Assembly: GCF_018977255.1 (NCBI RefSeq)
Contig: NW_024704762.1
Location: 2,976,001-3,040,000, forward strand
DNA length: 64,000 nt
DNA from: Callorhinchus milii
Lineage: Eukaryota
Direction of reading: 5' to 3'
The notes under the pieces are model-generated. The model searched no databases, was not told the origin of the DNA, and saw only the letters and a list, made by a program, of their open reading frames with translations. Positions 61,070-64,000 of the stretch are shown here, piece after piece. Position 1 is the stretch's first letter; every line of letters starts with the position of its first letter. The position numbers and the translations under genes are program-made.

Positions 61070-61425
61070 GAGATGGAGGGGGAGAGGCAGAGGAAGAGGA
61101 GGAGGCAGAGGCAGAGGGGGAGAGGGAGAGCGGGGAGGTAAGAGAGGGGAGCAGAGGGGGGAGAGGCAGAGGGCAGGGGGAGGAAAGGGAGGAGTGGGGA
61201 GAGGCAGAGGGGGAGAGACAGGAGAACTGCTGTGCGCAATTGGCTGCCGCATTTTTCCCACAAATATACAGTCAATTCATTTTACAGTCTATTCTGTGAA
61301 GTGCTTTGAGACGTCTAGAAGATGTGAAAAGCGCTATATCAAATGCAAGAATTATTATTATTAAGAGTCAGACAGGGAGAGGCAGGGGAGAGGAGAAGTG
61401 ACAGGGAGAGTAGAGGGAGGGGTAG
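61070..61425 (+). repeat. GA-rich purine tract interrupted by a SINE B 3' part (61226-61362)
   Basis: gaggcagagg-type low-complexity sequence on both sides of the SINE. Confidence 0.85.
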
Positions 61426-62170
61426 AGCTCTGTTTGTACTGTTAAATAAAAAGCATTTGATTCGCAGCGTGAATACTTCAGGGGTTTGTTAACATTTAGA
61501 ATGAATGCCATAACATCTGTGCTATAAATAAATAATACAAAGCACAAAGCACGCACTGAACCCTCGTGAACATTGATACAACAATTCCTGATATGACTCC
61601 GGTCTCCGACACCAGGAGACACTGGTTACCAACCCGGCCAGAGCCCGAGCAGCAGGTGTGTGGCTCAAGGATTGATTCACGTCATACTCAATAGCTTCAA
61701 ATTCTCAAACATCGAGGGGATCGACTGAGAGTGACTCAGACAAATGAGGAGGAACATGTGTTAGCTACAGAGTTCAGCTTCCTCCACACTGTCCAATCAG
61801 CACATGTCAGTAACAAGGTTAAAGACCAAGTTAAGCTGTCCGTCCACACTCCCAGGCCAGATTTAGCATGGTTTAGAGACAAAATAAAGCTCCCTCTACA
61901 CTATCCATCCAGCAGTCCCTGGTCAAGAGTCCTAGAGAGTGTAGGAGAAAGGGAAGAGTGATGAACAAGAGAAGCGCCACAGTTTTTAGTTTCTGGGAAC
62001 GAGCGAATTGGTCAATGTGTGGAGAAGTCGAGATGAAATGGCTGCCTCAAGTCTCGTTCTTACAGGTGCTGCATCCAATGCAAGAATCTTCTCCTTCTTA
62101 AACTCCAGTTCCCAAATCAGTTTCTCTCCGGTCTCCCTTGCTGAATTGCAATCTTTGACCTTTCTGTGAT

Positions 62171-62299
62171 AAAAACAGAAGTTGCAAGGAACGCTCAACA
62201 GGTCAGGCAGCATCTATGGAGAGAGGAAAGTGAGTTAACGTTTCGGGACGAAATTTATTTCAGATTTCCAGCATCTGCAGTATTTAGTATTTTGCCTTT
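62171..62299. mobile_element. Penelope-like terminal repeat remnant (chondrichthyan type)
   Basis: aaaacagaa...ctcaacaggtcaggcagcatctatggagagag...gagttaacgtttcg followed by tttatttcagatttccagcatctgcagtattt; resembles, from memory, the palindromic PLE-derived repeat of shark genomes, with the centre deleted. Confidence 0.65.
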
Positions 62300-63307
62300 T
62301 GACCTTTCTGGCCCTGTTTAGTCTGGCTGCTGTTCAGGGGAGACAGAAGCTACAGTTACATCTGAATGGAGCATTACTAAGGCGACCAGTTTAATGTTGG
62401 CACATTTACTCGCTGCCAGAGCCTCTCAGCAAACATCAGACCCTCGGACGGACGGCCTTGGCTTGTGGTGTGATTGTGAAATGCGTCCATTCATCCGTCG
62501 CTCCAGCTCTGCTCGGCCCCTCGGTGGTCAGGGTTCTCCGTCAGTTAATTTCCTCCCTTCACTTTCCATATCTTTACACAATTTTTTGTCGCAGCCAGCT
62601 TAAATGCCCCGTAATCCTGGCTCAGCCCGGATCAGTGTGTGTCAGCCGGATGAGATCAAATGAGTTGAAAGGTCTTCTTCATCCAAACCTCTCTTGTGAT
62701 CATGTGAGAACAGAGTTGTAAGGATAAGTGATAACCTGATGCACTGGCTGATCCAATTCAAGTACATTTAAAGAGAGGAAATGTAATTATTCAAAGTCAA
62801 CAAGACGTTCTGAAAGGCAGGTCAGACGCAACACGTTCATTTCAATTCTGTGGAGGATGGAAACGTATCATATTAATAAGTATAATTGCTGGATGATGCT
62901 ATTATAAAGAACATCTTGACTTTCAGAACCCATATAATGGTGCATCTCACAGGGAGTTTAGAGCCGCAATGAAGGCCATTCAGATAAAGTAATGGATTGC
63001 ACAATGTATTTGGAAATGAGTAGGTAGGAAAGAGTCAATGATGGCGTTTAACCTGGGCTATAGCGTGTATTGGAAATAGGATGAAGAATTTCAGGAACCA
63101 GGTCTGGCTATTAGGCTGTTTTTAATAACAATAATCCTTACATTATGATACAGAACCTTTTCTCGTCAGCCTTGCAGTGAGTGACTAATTTTATTTTGGA
63201 GATTGTTGGCCAGGACACTGGGGAGAAACTCCCTTCTCTTTTAGCCATGGGATTGTTAACATCCATATGAACAGGTGCCTTGGACGAGTCTTAATGTCTT
63301 AATGTGA

Positions 63308-63698
63308 AGCCCTGTAGTTCGGTCACTCGCCTCACAGACGAGAGAGAGTACCGGTGTTCGATTCCTGGCAAGGCAAAACTTTGGGCAACTTTCCTTACTC
63401 TACACACACACACCTCTGTTTACCTAGCAGTAAGTAGGAACCTGGTTGTTAGTTGATTGTTGGATTGCTTTTCCGGGGCTAATAATCCCTTAAAAAATAT
63501 ATAATAATAATTTGGCCACTCAGTCCACGACTGTTTGTGGAAGGAACACTGCTGTGTGCAATTGGCATCCGCGTTTCACTCACAAATATACAGTCAATAT
63601 ATTCTTTACAGTATATTCTGTGAAGTGCTTTGAAAGTCTTGAAGATGTAAAGTGATAAGACACTATATCAAATGCAAGGATTTTTTTATTATTATTAA
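63308..63698 (+). mobile_element. SINE family B, full length
   Basis: cctgtagttcggtcactcgcctcacag...gttcgattcctggc...ctctgtttacctagcagtaagtaggaacc...tail. Confidence 0.88.
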
Positions 63699-64000
63699 TA
63701 ATGTTCGATGCAGCACTTCCCCAGCGTTGCATTGGAGTGTCACCCTACACTGTGTGAGTTCAAGGTGTTGAAAATTATTATTGTTAACGAGCCTGAATTA
63801 TTATTGCCACATTTCGTCCACAAAATATACAGTCAATTCACTTTGCTGTGAAGCGCTTTGAGAAGTCTCGAAGACTTGATAAGGCGCTATGGTATGGCTG
63901 ATGTTCAAGCGCTCCGGGACCCTAACCCTAAGCGAGAAGGGCGTGATATAAATGTAAGTTGTTGTTGTTCTCGATCGAATAGTGAATTTCCGAACGTGCA

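Noticed and set aside
63919..63932. Telomeric repeat (ccctaa x2)
   Set aside because: Only two units; expected by chance.

Overview
This is eukaryotic, repeat-rich, largely non-coding DNA (intergenic or large intron). The repeat content points to a cartilaginous fish, probably a holocephalan such as Callorhinchus (inference): a SacSINE1/AmnSINE1-type DeuSINE, CR1 and L2 LINE fragments, a shark-type Penelope-like remnant, and no recognisable HE1/V-SINE. I recognise no host protein-coding gene, tRNA/rRNA gene, CRISPR array or prokaryotic system; nearly all ORFs in the track are spurious translations of SINE/LINE sequence. Main components: (A) a tRNA-headed DeuSINE, dozens of copies; (B) a second ~320-380 bp SINE with a different tRNA-like head, a CORE-like middle and the same Deu 3' part and L2-type tail; (C) an internally deleted near-full-length CR1 at ~35.1-37.7 kb (SGNH-esterase ORF1, EN/RT remnants) plus many CR1 3' fragments; (D) L2 3' ends; (E) an unidentified, hairpin-rich dispersed repeat ('family X', >=8 copies sharing one fixed end next to an A-run). 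Best leads: family X, the CORE/Deu hybrid SINE and its L2 partner, a 62-bp locally templated inverted duplication, two candidate exons with good splice signals, and a few candidate cis-regulatory elements. Repeat boundaries were read by eye (about +/-10-20 bp) and family names come from remembered consensus motifs, not a database search.
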